Virus record (IMG/VR): IMGVR_UViG_3300021138_000028
Location: 1 to 62,090 of that record
Length of the DNA: 62,090 bases
Direction: 5' to 3' (one strand)
Source of the DNA: a virus
Lineage: Duplodnaviria > Caudoviricetes
Position numbers and translations under genes: made by a program. The notes below the pieces were generated by a model, which saw only the letters and a list, made by a program, of their open reading frames with translations, did no database searches and was not told where the DNA came from. Each line of letters begins with the position of its first letter. Positions within the stretch are counted from its first letter, which is position 1. Shown in pieces: positions 1-8,477 of the stretch.

Positions 1-84
1 GACCCAAGCATCACCACAGACCCGAGCGTTGTCACGGACCTCAGCATTGTCACGGACCTCAGCATCGCCGTAGACCCAAGCATT
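1..84. repeat. terminal direct repeat / assembly overlap (copy 1)
   Basis: 1-84 identical to 62007-62090; joining restores an in-frame minus-strand ORF. Confidence 0.85.
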
Positions 85-346
85 GCCATAGACCCAAGCA
101 TCACCACAGACCCGAGCGTTGTCGTAGACCTGAGCACTGCCAGAGACCTCAGCATCGCCGTAGACCCAAGCATTGCCATAGACCCAAGCATCGCCGTAGA
201 CCCAAGCATTGCCATAGACCTGAGCATTGCCATAGACCCAAGCATCACCACAGACCCGAGCGTTGTCACGGACCTCAGCATTGTCACGGACCTCAGCATC
301 GCCGTAGACCCGAGCATCACCATAGACCTGAGCATTGCCATAGACA
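1..346 (-). repeat. 18-bp coding tandem repeat, ~19 units
   Basis: units such as gacccaagcattgccata translate on the minus strand to V-x-G/D-N/D-A-x. Confidence 0.95.
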
Positions 347-477
347 ATTCCTTCTAGGTAGACAGTAGGTTCAACGGATGCCGTCTTATACTTCCATCCT
401 TTTCCGTTTTCGTGCTGCGTCCAATCCTCGGCTATTGTGCCGGGGAACATTTCTAAGATTTGGTTAATAGTTCTCAT
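1..477 (-). CDS. hexapeptide-repeat (left-handed beta-helix) protein, 5' part; continues 62006->61707, ~258 aa in total
   Basis: ATG at 477 overlaps the stop of 474..707 (ATGA); MRTINQILEMFPG...VYGNAQVYGDARVYGDAE...; not in the ORF track because it crosses the window edge. Confidence 0.85.
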   Translation of the reverse strand, partial: MRTINQILEMFPGTIAEDWTQHENGKGWKYKTASVEPTVYLEGIVYGNAQVYGDARVYGDAEVRDNAEVRDNARVCGDAWVYGNAQVYGNAWVYGDAWVYGNAWVYGDAEVSGSAQVYDNARVCGDAWVYGNAWVYGDAEVRDNAEVRDNARVCGDAWV

Positions 478-707
478 TCTTTGTCTCCGTCGATTTCCTG
501 CCATCCATCGGGTACTTGGGGGTAAATCCCTAGAACTGCGTCAATCTTTCCTGCGACATTGGTTACAACATCAGCGGATTCCAGTTCAGGGTCTAATTCG
601 ATTCCATAGACATCGACAACAACGTCAAAAGCAAACTCTTCTAGTTTCTCTCTGGATAACTGCGATATTGCTTGCCGTAGTTCTGATTCGGTCTTGATTA
701 TTGGCAT
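474..707 (-). CDS. hypothetical protein
   Basis: GGAGG SD; operon-like packing. Confidence 0.7.
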   Translation of the reverse strand: MPIIKTESELRQAISQLSREKLEEFAFDVVVDVYGIELDPELESADVVTNVAGKIDAVLGIYPQVPDGWQEIDGDKE

Positions 708-916
708 TCGATGATTCCTCCCATAAAGATAGTCGTTGCGTAAACAGAGCAGGTTAGTTCTTGCCCAAGGTATGACTTAGAACATAGGTAGCGAACCTCA
801 ACGATCTCGCCTTTGAGATTGGTGGTAGTCAGTTCGTCCTTGACTGTCCAGATCGCTTTATCTTTACCGCGCATTTGGAACTGAGTCCCTACTGTGATTC
901 TTGGATCGTGTGGCAT
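698..916 (-). CDS. hypothetical protein (start revised to MPHDPR)
   Basis: AAGGAG upstream of ATG 916. Confidence 0.65.
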   Translation of the reverse strand: MPHDPRITVGTQFQMRGKDKAIWTVKDELTTTNLKGEIVEVRYLCSKSYLGQELTCSVYATTIFMGGIIECQ

Positions 917-926
917 TTCTCTCTCC

Positions 927-1100
927 TTACCGGCGTCTCTTCCCGCATGGATGCTTGGGCGTAGCTGTCTTGCAACCGTGGGAGGAAAATCCACGGTAGT
1001 CAGATCCTGGCCGCATTGCCCGTCGAATATCGCCATTCTGCATAGGTCCCATTGAAGCAAGTAGGGACATGGCTGCGATTGGGAAAGTTGATAGTTTCAT
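927..1100 (-). CDS. small hypothetical protein (57 aa)
   Basis: MKLSTFPIAAM...GKRRR fills the gap; AAGGAG SD. Confidence 0.5.
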   Translation of the reverse strand: MKLSTFPIAAMSLLASMGPMQNGDIRRAMRPGSDYRGFSSHGCKTATPKHPCGKRRR

Positions 1101-1105
1101 AGTTG

Positions 1106-1750
1106 TTAGTTCTCCTTCGTGATTGTTGTAGTAGCGATAGCATTTGCGAGAATGGCGTCCATTTCCTTGCGTTTTTTCGCCATTAGTTCTTCGTGTACCT
1201 TCTTGTCCCGTTCACGTTCTCCGTCGAAACAGTAGTTGGCTAGGGGGAACGTTCTAATCTCGTATGCCAAGTCTCGAAGATGCTGGGCGTAGTAGGCTTT
1301 GTCAAAATGAGGTTCCAGTTCATTCCAGATAGCTTGAATTTGATCCTCTGGGAACAGTGCGCGGATCTTGTTCATCCTGATATCCGTGATGTTGGTATCG
1401 GTGCTGCCGATCTCGACTCGGAAATCAACGGCATTCCATCGTTTAGCAATAACGACGGATACTCGTTTTAATGTCATGCCTGCAAATTTGTGTTCTCGGT
1501 CATGTTCGTAAGGCTCAATCTGTCCGGTGATAGTGATAGTTCGAGTTGAATTGTAATCGCCTCCGTCGCTGACGCAGATTGAGAAGGTGAACGTGCCAAG
1601 CTCGTTTGTGATTGTCAACCGGGGAATATCCTTGATCGCTTCGTCTGCCTGGGCAAGTAACGCAGACTTCTCTGCCTCTAGCTTCGATTCAAGGGCCTTG
1701 CGAATAGCGTTAAAACGGTTCTGGTTCTGGATATGTTGTTCAATGGTCAT
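1106..1750 (-). CDS. hypothetical protein
   Basis: 214 aa; AAGGAG SD. Confidence 0.75.
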   Translation of the reverse strand: MTIEQHIQNQNRFNAIRKALESKLEAEKSALLAQADEAIKDIPRLTITNELGTFTFSICVSDGGDYNSTRTITITGQIEPYEHDREHKFAGMTLKRVSVVIAKRWNAVDFRVEIGSTDTNITDIRMNKIRALFPEDQIQAIWNELEPHFDKAYYAQHLRDLAYEIRTFPLANYCFDGERERDKKVHEELMAKKRKEMDAILANAIATTTITKEN

Positions 1751-1752
1751 GG

Positions 1753-1983
1753 TTAGAGTTCTCCTTCGGTTCCTGTCAGTCGTTCAATATGTTGGTAGTA
1801 GTCGCGTCGGTACTGGTCGCGGATTCGTTTCAACTCCTTAATCTCTCGCTGGGTCTGGATTTTCTGAGCGAGAGTAAAGGCGCTAGACTTAGATACTTTC
1901 TCGGTCTGTTCGATCAGAACGCTCAATCGGGCCGTCACATAGCGGACAACCGTAGCTGCTTCGTCTTGTGTCGGCTTGCTCAT
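1753..1983 (-). CDS. hypothetical protein
   Basis: ATGA overlap; GGAGG SD. Confidence 0.7.
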   Translation of the reverse strand: MSKPTQDEAATVVRYVTARLSVLIEQTEKVSKSSAFTLAQKIQTQREIKELKRIRDQYRRDYYQHIERLTGTEGEL

Positions 1984-2336
1984 TTCAAAGCCTCCGGTAT
2001 CACGTATTTGGTTCCGTCGTGCTGTCCCATGTCTTGCCTGATACGGATCAGGCTAGTGATGATTTGATCCAATTGGTCCTGCGCGGATTTAAGCGCAACA
2101 ACATTCGGGGATTGTCCATCTTCTCGCGGACTCGGGCCATACATTTCATGGCTGCCAAGTGTTGCATCGTTGAACCATAACCGGATTCGGTTACACGATC
2201 CCATCATTAAAGAGTGGGCTCGATTCAATTCGTCGGTCGCAATGCACCATGAACCCACGTTTAGGTTCTTATTCCAGTTGTTGTAAACCTTCCGAACATT
2301 CTGACAATGCTTGTGGTATGGGATCGCCATTTTCAT
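1980..2336 (-). CDS. hypothetical protein
   Basis: ATGA overlaps at both ends. Confidence 0.7.
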   Translation of the reverse strand: MKMAIPYHKHCQNVRKVYNNWNKNLNVGSWCIATDELNRAHSLMMGSCNRIRLWFNDATLGSHEMYGPSPREDGQSPNVVALKSAQDQLDQIITSLIRIRQDMGQHDGTKYVIPEALK

Positions 2337-2953
2337 GCTTCGATCTCCTGAGCCTCATTGACTGCTTCCAATGCTTGAATTGCCAGCGCATCGAATTCGT
2401 CTGCATCACAGTAGGCAATCAGCCGCAAAGGGGAATGATCTAGGTGCCAGTCAATATTCCTAGCATCCAAGAATCCAGCCATTGCATCAGTCCATATCTT
2501 TCGGTTTGTTTCGATACTTTTCAGATCGCCTGAGCCAAAATAGTTCGCAGTTTCTAGATCATTGAACTGGACAACGTGTTTGCCTGAATCTCCAATCCAA
2601 TAGCCTCTGACTGAATCAGAGATAACATCGCTAAGCAATTCCAGTTCTTTAGCGTCTGCACTGGACTCGTCGGCAAACCAATAAGTTTCTCCGTCTGCGT
2701 CTGATACTTGGTAGTTGAATCGTCCATCAGTGTTACTCCAAGCCTCCTGCCCGTAAAGTTCTACAAACTCGTCTTGGTCGTAAACATCGCTGACAAGTTC
2801 GGCATGGGAACAAACAATGGGGCATTGGGATTCGAATTTGAGCCCATGACCAAAGCTATCAAAGATGTAGGCTCTGATTTCCGCATCAGTGTTAGCTGTA
2901 AATTCACGGTGGAGGCTGCCGTTGCTTGAGCGGTAGTAAAGTGTTCGCTTCAT
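2333..2953 (-). CDS. hypothetical acidic protein
   Basis: 206 aa; coupled to neighbours. Confidence 0.75.
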   Translation of the reverse strand: MKRTLYYRSSNGSLHREFTANTDAEIRAYIFDSFGHGLKFESQCPIVCSHAELVSDVYDQDEFVELYGQEAWSNTDGRFNYQVSDADGETYWFADESSADAKELELLSDVISDSVRGYWIGDSGKHVVQFNDLETANYFGSGDLKSIETNRKIWTDAMAGFLDARNIDWHLDHSPLRLIAYCDADEFDALAIQALEAVNEAQEIEA

Positions 2954-3267
2954 GCTGACACCTTCTTAGCTTCAAAGAACTTGATCGCATCATCTTTTGA
3001 GGTAAACGACTGCCCGAACATTGCGTTCATAGCATAGTCAAAGAACGTCACACTGTACTTACGGTTCGTCCATCGGGCCATTGATCCAGCAGGTTCGAAA
3101 CCTGGCTCATGCTGTTTGAACTTCCAAACTCGGTTAGCTTCGTCAATGGTCTGGTCAAGGATCGTAACCTGTGACATTTTGCCTTTAGCGTCGGCATAGT
3201 CAGCAATCAAAATCTTCCCTGCTGGGATATTGCGCTCTTGAATCTCAATCATGGTGTCGTATTTCAC
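2950..3267 (-). CDS. hypothetical protein, first gene of operon (start may be ATG 3252)
   Basis: AAGGAG nearby; 5' hairpin tgagcctg...caggctca and AT-rich promoter-like region upstream. Confidence 0.7.
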   Translation of the reverse strand: MKYDTMIEIQERNIPAGKILIADYADAKGKMSQVTILDQTIDEANRVWKFKQHEPGFEPAGSMARWTNRKYSVTFFDYAMNAMFGQSFTSKDDAIKFFEAKKVSA

Positions 3268-3402
3268 TCCTTTGTATGCCTTTTGAGTCTGAGCCTGCTT
3301 CGACGTGAATTCAGGCTCAAACCCATCAAACTACATATTTATAATACACTAATTCTTTGATTTCGTGCATTATTATTTTCATTTTATCGTGTGTTTTGCC
3401 AA

Positions 3403-4152
3403 TTATTCATGCTCGATCTCCTTCTTCTTGATTTGGTACGCCATCGTGCCTTTGTGTTTGAACCTGACAACTCCTAGGTCAGACTTAGCCTGCTCCATTG
3501 TCCTCCGAGAGATATTGAGTTCGGCTATTGCGCTAGTAATCTGCCTGCCTGATACCTTGTGTGGGTAAGTGCAATTCTCTTTGAGCCAGTCCTTTGCGTG
3601 TTGCCTTGCTTTGAGCCTATTTTGCTTCCTGACACGCTCTAGTCTGGACATTCGAACCTTAGCACCATAATCTCGAACTGCATCAGAGACCTTAATGTTA
3701 AAGTCAAATTGGTTCTCGGTCGCTATGACGTACTTCTTGTTGATCCAAAATAGGACATCACAGACTCTGACTCCTTGGAGCGCGGCAAACTCAGCTATTC
3801 CGATTGTCTCTCGGGAGTAATAGATTCGTCCATTAGGTGCCTTGACACCGGGAGGCTCTTTGACATAACTCCATCGACCCAATAGTTCGGGCTTACGGTG
3901 CTCTGCACCGGGCCAATCAACATCTGGCGTCATTGTGTCAACGATGGTCATTAACCACTTGCCTTGAAACCCTGGCTGCTTGACAGATTTGACTCCTATT
4001 CGGTCCTTGACTGCGATATATGTGGATCGTTTAATTCCGTGTGATTTCATCGCTTTGAGGACATCGACGGACGGGACTAATACTCCCGTTAGCATCAAAC
4101 GAAGCACTGATTCACACCTATCTGCGGGTTTAATGGATTCTTGCGTCTGCAT
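3403..4152 (-). CDS. putative DNA-binding protein: two winged-helix-like repeats flanking an excisionase-like HTH
   Basis: GIKRSTYIAVKDRIGVKS and NISRRTMEQAKSDLGVVR repeats; IAEFAALQGVRVCDVLFWI; TAACCT 6 nt before ATG. Confidence 0.6.
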   Translation of the reverse strand: MQTQESIKPADRCESVLRLMLTGVLVPSVDVLKAMKSHGIKRSTYIAVKDRIGVKSVKQPGFQGKWLMTIVDTMTPDVDWPGAEHRKPELLGRWSYVKEPPGVKAPNGRIYYSRETIGIAEFAALQGVRVCDVLFWINKKYVIATENQFDFNIKVSDAVRDYGAKVRMSRLERVRKQNRLKARQHAKDWLKENCTYPHKVSGRQITSAIAELNISRRTMEQAKSDLGVVRFKHKGTMAYQIKKKEIEHE

Positions 4153-5320
4153 TCACACAGGTTAGCACACTTCCATTTCGACCGTCAATTCATTGGGGTA
4201 ATGAGTCTGCACGTTTGAACCTAGCCTATGTTGATCTCCCCTTTGCACACAGTATTGAATTTCTCAGCATTAGCCAATGGATACATTTATCCTAACTTAA
4301 ACTCTGCGAGCTTATGTTGTGTATGCCTTTGCATGAGGGGAAGATTTGGGAAGTGATGTAAGTTTGCGCACAATAGGTTCAACTCTAAGCACTGAACTAT
4401 AGGGTAAGAATGCTAAGAATCCACAGGGCAATTTTCAAGTGTGCAACGAACCGGGGAATTTCAAGGCTTGAAATAAGATTCTTTCACAGAAAAACCTTGT
4501 TCCTCCTGACACCGGGAGACTTTTGGGGAAGTGCTGTTTTTTCCTTGCACATATGGTACAATGCCGTCGTACCTCTAGAAAGGGGGAAAGGGGGAAAGTG
4601 TATTTCAGCTTTCGCCCGATTACGATTTATGCGATAGACCCTTTGACTGTTTTCAAAAAGTAAGAGTTTGAAGAGTTCGTTTTTTGGATGTGGTTTGAGT
4701 CTTGGAAAATCATTCAAAATAGGCTTTGCATAGAATCAGGTTGGGGGAATGGGCCTATCGGCATCCAATCAGTAATCTTTTCCGGATCGCTTCGCTCATA
4801 CATGAAAACTTTCCGGATGTTCCCTCGCTCTGCTCGGATCACACCTGCTACGCTTCGCGGTAAGGGACGACTTTCAACCATATCAGATAAAAGGTTATTG
4901 AGGACGTTTAAAAGGGCGCTCGGCGCTCTACAACCGTTTGGTTGGGGGAATTGCGCTGAAACGGGCGTCTGGGCGGCAAAAAGTGGCAATTCTCGCGGGG
5001 TAAGAATCCTGCTTGAAAATGGTCACTCGGTCCTGGCTGCCTTCTGAGTTCTCGGAGGTTGACTGATTTCATTGGGGGAGTTCGATTGTCGGCTCGATCT
5101 GGGCCAGCTGCGAACTTCAACCGGGGAATCCTCACGTCGGGCTGAATTCCTTGCCTATTCCCAACTTCTATATAGAACTGCCACATTTCCACGTCTGTCT
5201 ACTGCATGATTTTCGAGGGTCCGGCGAGCGAACGCGAGCGGGTGATACTTAAACACTCATTTGACTATCGCCTCATACACCCAATAGTCTATCAACTAAG
5301 TAGACTATTCGCTTGACGTA
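4153..5320. other. 1.2 kb non-coding region, candidate replication origin
   Basis: no credible gene; 8 co-oriented GGGGAA motifs, CGCTTCGC twice, extended -10 TGGTACAAT at 4554-4562. Confidence 0.45.
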
Positions 5321-5356
5321 AAATAAAATCCACGGGGAGTAGACCTCCCGTGGATT
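5321..5356 (-). terminator. intrinsic terminator of the leftward early cassette
   Basis: aatccacggg...cccgtggatt stem, U-rich tail on the minus strand. Confidence 0.75.
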
Positions 5357-5381
5357 GGTTGCTTTCAGGTTCGCGTAGTCG

Positions 5382-5600
5382 CTAGCGATAGATACAAGGC
5401 TCTATCGTCCATCCATAGGTAGGGTGGTTCCATACTCGGAACTGCCTATCGGATAGCTGCACGAAAGTGTGGTGACCGGGGCCGCTGCGTAGGTGCATCT
5501 GTCCAGCAGGTGAGTCTATCCATTCCTGGAACGCTTGTTCCTCTTTCTCGAATAGCCAATACTTTCTGCCTTTGAAGTCGATCGGGGTTTGGTTGCTCAT
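5382..5600 (-). CDS. hypothetical early protein
   Basis: GAGG SD; ATGA overlap. Confidence 0.7.
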   Translation of the reverse strand: MSNQTPIDFKGRKYWLFEKEEQAFQEWIDSPAGQMHLRSGPGHHTFVQLSDRQFRVWNHPTYGWTIEPCIYR

Positions 5601-5836
5601 AGACTTCTGTTCCTCTCGTGGAATGTGTCAAGGTCTATAGCTCCTACTCTTAGTAGAAGTACGTTGTGAAAATAGGCGGCGTCCCGTTGGTTTCCCTTGG
5701 CTTGCGCGTCTTCCACGTCGGCGCAAGATACTGCAATCGATCGGTTATAGTCGGGGCCATACTCCCGGTATTTAGAGTATGGCGATAGGTCGTATTTGGT
5801 GGTGGTTGGCACTAGATGTATCCCTGCCGTGGCCAT
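5597..5836 (-). CDS. hypothetical early protein (start uncertain)
   Basis: fills the operon gap. Confidence 0.6.
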   Translation of the reverse strand: MATAGIHLVPTTTKYDLSPYSKYREYGPDYNRSIAVSCADVEDAQAKGNQRDAAYFHNVLLLRVGAIDLDTFHERNRSL

Positions 5837-6081
5837 ACGATCTTGTTATCCTTGAACCGTAGGCTTGAATAGTGGCACGATCGTACGCGTATCCAGCAGT
5901 TTGATTCCTTCCCCCATGTTTCTTTCCGTAGGCTTATGGCTTGGAACTTGTACCGGTACTTGGTCCCGTCTGGTAGCGTCTTAACGTAGTGACCGAATTT
6001 ATCTTTGGTGAATCCGTAGGTTGTTAGAATCGCGATAGCTTGCGCGATATTTTGGCTCTGTGTTGTCTTGGTTGTTCTCAT
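5812..6081 (-). CDS. hypothetical early protein (MRTTK...)
   Basis: AAGAGGA SD. Confidence 0.75.
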   Translation of the reverse strand: MRTTKTTQSQNIAQAIAILTTYGFTKDKFGHYVKTLPDGTKYRYKFQAISLRKETWGKESNCWIRVRSCHYSSLRFKDNKIVWPRQGYI

Positions 6082-6098
6082 TTGTTCCTCTTAAAATC

Positions 6099-6440
6099 CT
6101 AATAATTAGACAAACTAGTCCAACATGATGGACGGTGCCCGTCTGATGGACGCGCAAAATCTTCCACTACGTTGCCTGCGGCCAACCATATAGCATAGGT
6201 ATGTAGGGTTTCGGTTGTCATCTCGTCTATGGCTTCGACACCATAACTTTTAAGGCATTCGCGATAGAACGTGTCTGGCACTCGTGCTAATTGCCGATGG
6301 CACATACGTGCATAGAATAAACAGGCTTCCTCGCATTGTCCTTGGTGGTAGCACTCTTGAGCCATTGCTAGGGGAATGTAGAATTCAACGTCTGAGCCTC
6401 CCAGTGGCTGCACTTTGAATCTTGGTTTTGTTGTTCTCAT
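6099..6440 (-). CDS. hypothetical early protein (start revised to MRTTKPR)
   Basis: GAGGT SD; ATGA overlap with the upstream gene. Confidence 0.7.
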   Translation of the reverse strand: MRTTKPRFKVQPLGGSDVEFYIPLAMAQECYHQGQCEEACLFYARMCHRQLARVPDTFYRECLKSYGVEAIDEMTTETLHTYAIWLAAGNVVEDFARPSDGHRPSCWTSLSNY

Positions 6441-6739
6441 TTGGCTGATACCTCTAGTCGATCGTAAGTCGCGCAAGCATCCATATGTGCCTGATTCCAA
6501 AATATTCGCGCACGCTCCAAGCTGGTAGTACCTGCACATTCCCATAAGTTTAAGCCTCCACATAGGCGCAAGGATTCACGGAAATATGCACGTCTGATTT
6601 TAAGGAATAGTGGAGTAGATTTTATCCGTTTGTGACTATCTCCACCAGTCCAAGCTATCCGGTTGTACGTGATACCGTCAACCTTAACAGTTGTTAGTGT
6701 TGTATCACTCAGAGTAGGTTGTACGTCAAATCGCTTCAT
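6437..6739 (-). CDS. hypothetical early protein
   Basis: ATGA overlaps. Confidence 0.7.
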   Translation of the reverse strand: MKRFDVQPTLSDTTLTTVKVDGITYNRIAWTGGDSHKRIKSTPLFLKIRRAYFRESLRLCGGLNLWECAGTTSLERARIFWNQAHMDACATYDRLEVSAK

Positions 6740-7029
6740 AGCTTACCTACCGCCTTTAAGTGTCGTAGCTGATACTCACCTTCAGCTACGGCGCGGGCTG
6801 TCATCCCGATAGCGAAGACCCTTAGAAACTCGTCGGCTTCGGCTTGGGCTAGCCACCGATTTGTAAACTTGCCGCCGATCAGTGACTCGTTAGCTGGTTG
6901 GCCATTAACTACGAAGCGGTAGCGGTACATGTCGGGTGGTATCACTAGGTCGGTATCTACTTGTATATCGACCGAGACACAATGCGACTGCATAGCCTTA
7001 ATTACCTTCAGTGTTTCGGTTAGCGTCAT
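6736..7029 (-). CDS. hypothetical early protein (start MTLTET)
   Basis: TAATG coupling to a short upstream ORF. Confidence 0.65.
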   Translation of the reverse strand: MTLTETLKVIKAMQSHCVSVDIQVDTDLVIPPDMYRYRFVVNGQPANESLIGGKFTNRWLAQAEADEFLRVFAIGMTARAVAEGEYQLRHLKAVGKL

Positions 7030-7216
7030 TACCTTGTGCCCCATCGGGTCGCAGACTTTGCGCGTCTGGCTAGTCGGATAGTGTATTTAGCTGATGTTTT
7101 GGGCTTATCGCCGTATCGTCGTGTATTCATAGGTTGTGTATCCTCTTAACTCACTTGGAGCAGACTTCGGACTGCTCTTGTGGTTTACAACCTCTTGCGA
7201 GGTTGCCGTCACCATA

Positions 7217-7477
7217 CTAACTAACTAGCTCTCGCATCATATCATTTAGCTCTGCGATGCATAATTCCGTGCCTCCAAACTTGAAGCCATCAGGTGTACG
7301 GTCCTCAGCCATGCCGTACTGCTTAATGAACGAACGATACGGCGTTCTGCCCTTGTAGGACTGCATAAATCCGCAGGCCATTCTGTATAGTGGTTCGTCG
7401 TTGCCTATCCATAAGGCAATATTCCATGTCGCACGGTTCTTCCATCCGTTGTATCGCTCTGTCGTCTTAGTTGTCAT
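7217..7477 (-). CDS. conserved phage early protein (YNGW.N..TWN.ALW..NDE family, DUF7249-like)
   Basis: YNGWKNRATWNIALWIGNDEPLY motif. Confidence 0.75.
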   Translation of the reverse strand: MTTKTTERYNGWKNRATWNIALWIGNDEPLYRMACGFMQSYKGRTPYRSFIKQYGMAEDRTPDGFKFGGTELCIAELNDMMRELVS

Positions 7478-7478
7478 A

Positions 7479-7664
7479 CTATTTACCTACCTTGTTGCAA
7501 GCTGCTCGGAACTTTGCCGCGTCGAATAGTGGATTGGTAGCATTTAGGTCTAACGTCAAACGATGAACTAGGATATCCAATACGTCTTGTGCTTCTGAAT
7601 GCTGATTCATGGCTCTAGCCTCTCGAATAGCATTGGCGATGAGTTGGTAGTCTTTGCGTGTCAT
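7479..7664 (-). CDS. conserved small phage protein (MTRKDY.LIA...NP.FD..KF..AC family)
   Basis: recognisable motif. Confidence 0.75.
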   Translation of the reverse strand: MTRKDYQLIANAIREARAMNQHSEAQDVLDILVHRLTLDLNATNPLFDAAKFRAACNKVGK

Positions 7665-7861
7665 TGTTGCTCCAAAATAAAGAAGTCGCTAGGCTTACCG
7701 TTAAGGGTAATGCCGTCTGCCCATGTTAAGCCGATGATATAACCGTTATCACATACAATTAAAAATCGGCTTAAACGGTCAAGCATTACCTTGTAGTTTT
7801 GGTTCCCGCAGTAAACGGTCTTACCGTCTGCTACTGCGTCTTTGATCTCGTGGAGTGTCAT
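7661..7861 (-). CDS. conserved small phage protein, first early gene
   Basis: MTLHEIKDAVADGKTVY...IGLTWADG motif; AAGGA SD. Confidence 0.75.
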   Translation of the reverse strand: MTLHEIKDAVADGKTVYCGNQNYKVMLDRLSRFLIVCDNGYIIGLTWADGITLNGKPSDFFILEQQ

Positions 7862-7890
7862 TTGTTTATCCTTGTCTTACTGACATATAT

Positions 7891-7921
7891 ATTATACACG
7901 TATGATAGCATATAGCAGTAA
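7891..7921 (-). promoter_or_regulatory. leftward sigma70-type early promoter
   Basis: TATAAT (7896-7891) ~30 nt upstream of ATG 7861. Confidence 0.55.
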
Positions 7922-8333
7922 GAATTTTTGCTATCCTGACCGCAATAATCTATAGCATCCATCCATCATATCAGTCCTGGGAAAGCCGTCCAGCGTGGCC
8001 GATCGGGACTGCTTGGATGTAACCGTCCCTATGTTCCTGCTCGGATAATCGGGTTACCTATAGGGGGTGGGGGTACCCAGCTTTTCCCCGATCGACTCTA
8101 GGCGACAAGCCTCCTTCCGCATCTCAACCTATTTTGGGATGCCGAAACTTTTTCCATTAAAATCGGAGGTTTAACTTTTGGAGACTTTTCGATCAAGGGT
8201 CGGATGATTAGTTGCCAAGTATCGCAGGTTCCCTTGTTATCAGAATTCATTGGTGATAAGATGTTGAAGGCCGCAGCCACTTTCGTAATCATGGAAGCGA
8301 CACCCAGACAGGTAGGATGCGGCCCTATCTCCT

Positions 8334-8393
8334 AACTCAAGAATCCAAAGGCAAAATTAAGAAACCAGAGTCAAAATCAAGAAACCAAAGGTT
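8334..8393. repeat. three imperfect 20-bp tandem repeats
   Basis: aactcaagaatccaaaggca / aaattaagaaaccagagtca / aaatcaagaaaccaaaggtt. Confidence 0.75.
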
Positions 8394-8440
8394 CAAATAC
8401 TGGGAAACCCGAAGGGGTAAACAAAATTTGGATTGTTGTA

Positions 8441-8477
8441 TTGACTTGTGGTGTCGAAAGGTCGTAGGATGTTGTTG
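8441..8477 (+). promoter_or_regulatory. sigma70-like promoter P1
   Basis: TTGACT-18-TAGGAT; 17-bp GTCGTAGGATGTTGTTG shared with P2. Confidence 0.7.

Noticed and set aside
1-346. CRISPR-like or satellite repeat
   Set aside because: Contiguous 18-bp units with no spacers that encode an in-frame hexapeptide repeat
4410-5192. Short ORFs in the origin-like region
   Set aside because: Overlap on both strands, lack clear RBSs and have non-protein-like composition
8098-8292. 64-aa minus-strand ORF
   Set aside because: Isolated, no RBS or motif; lies in the regulatory gap
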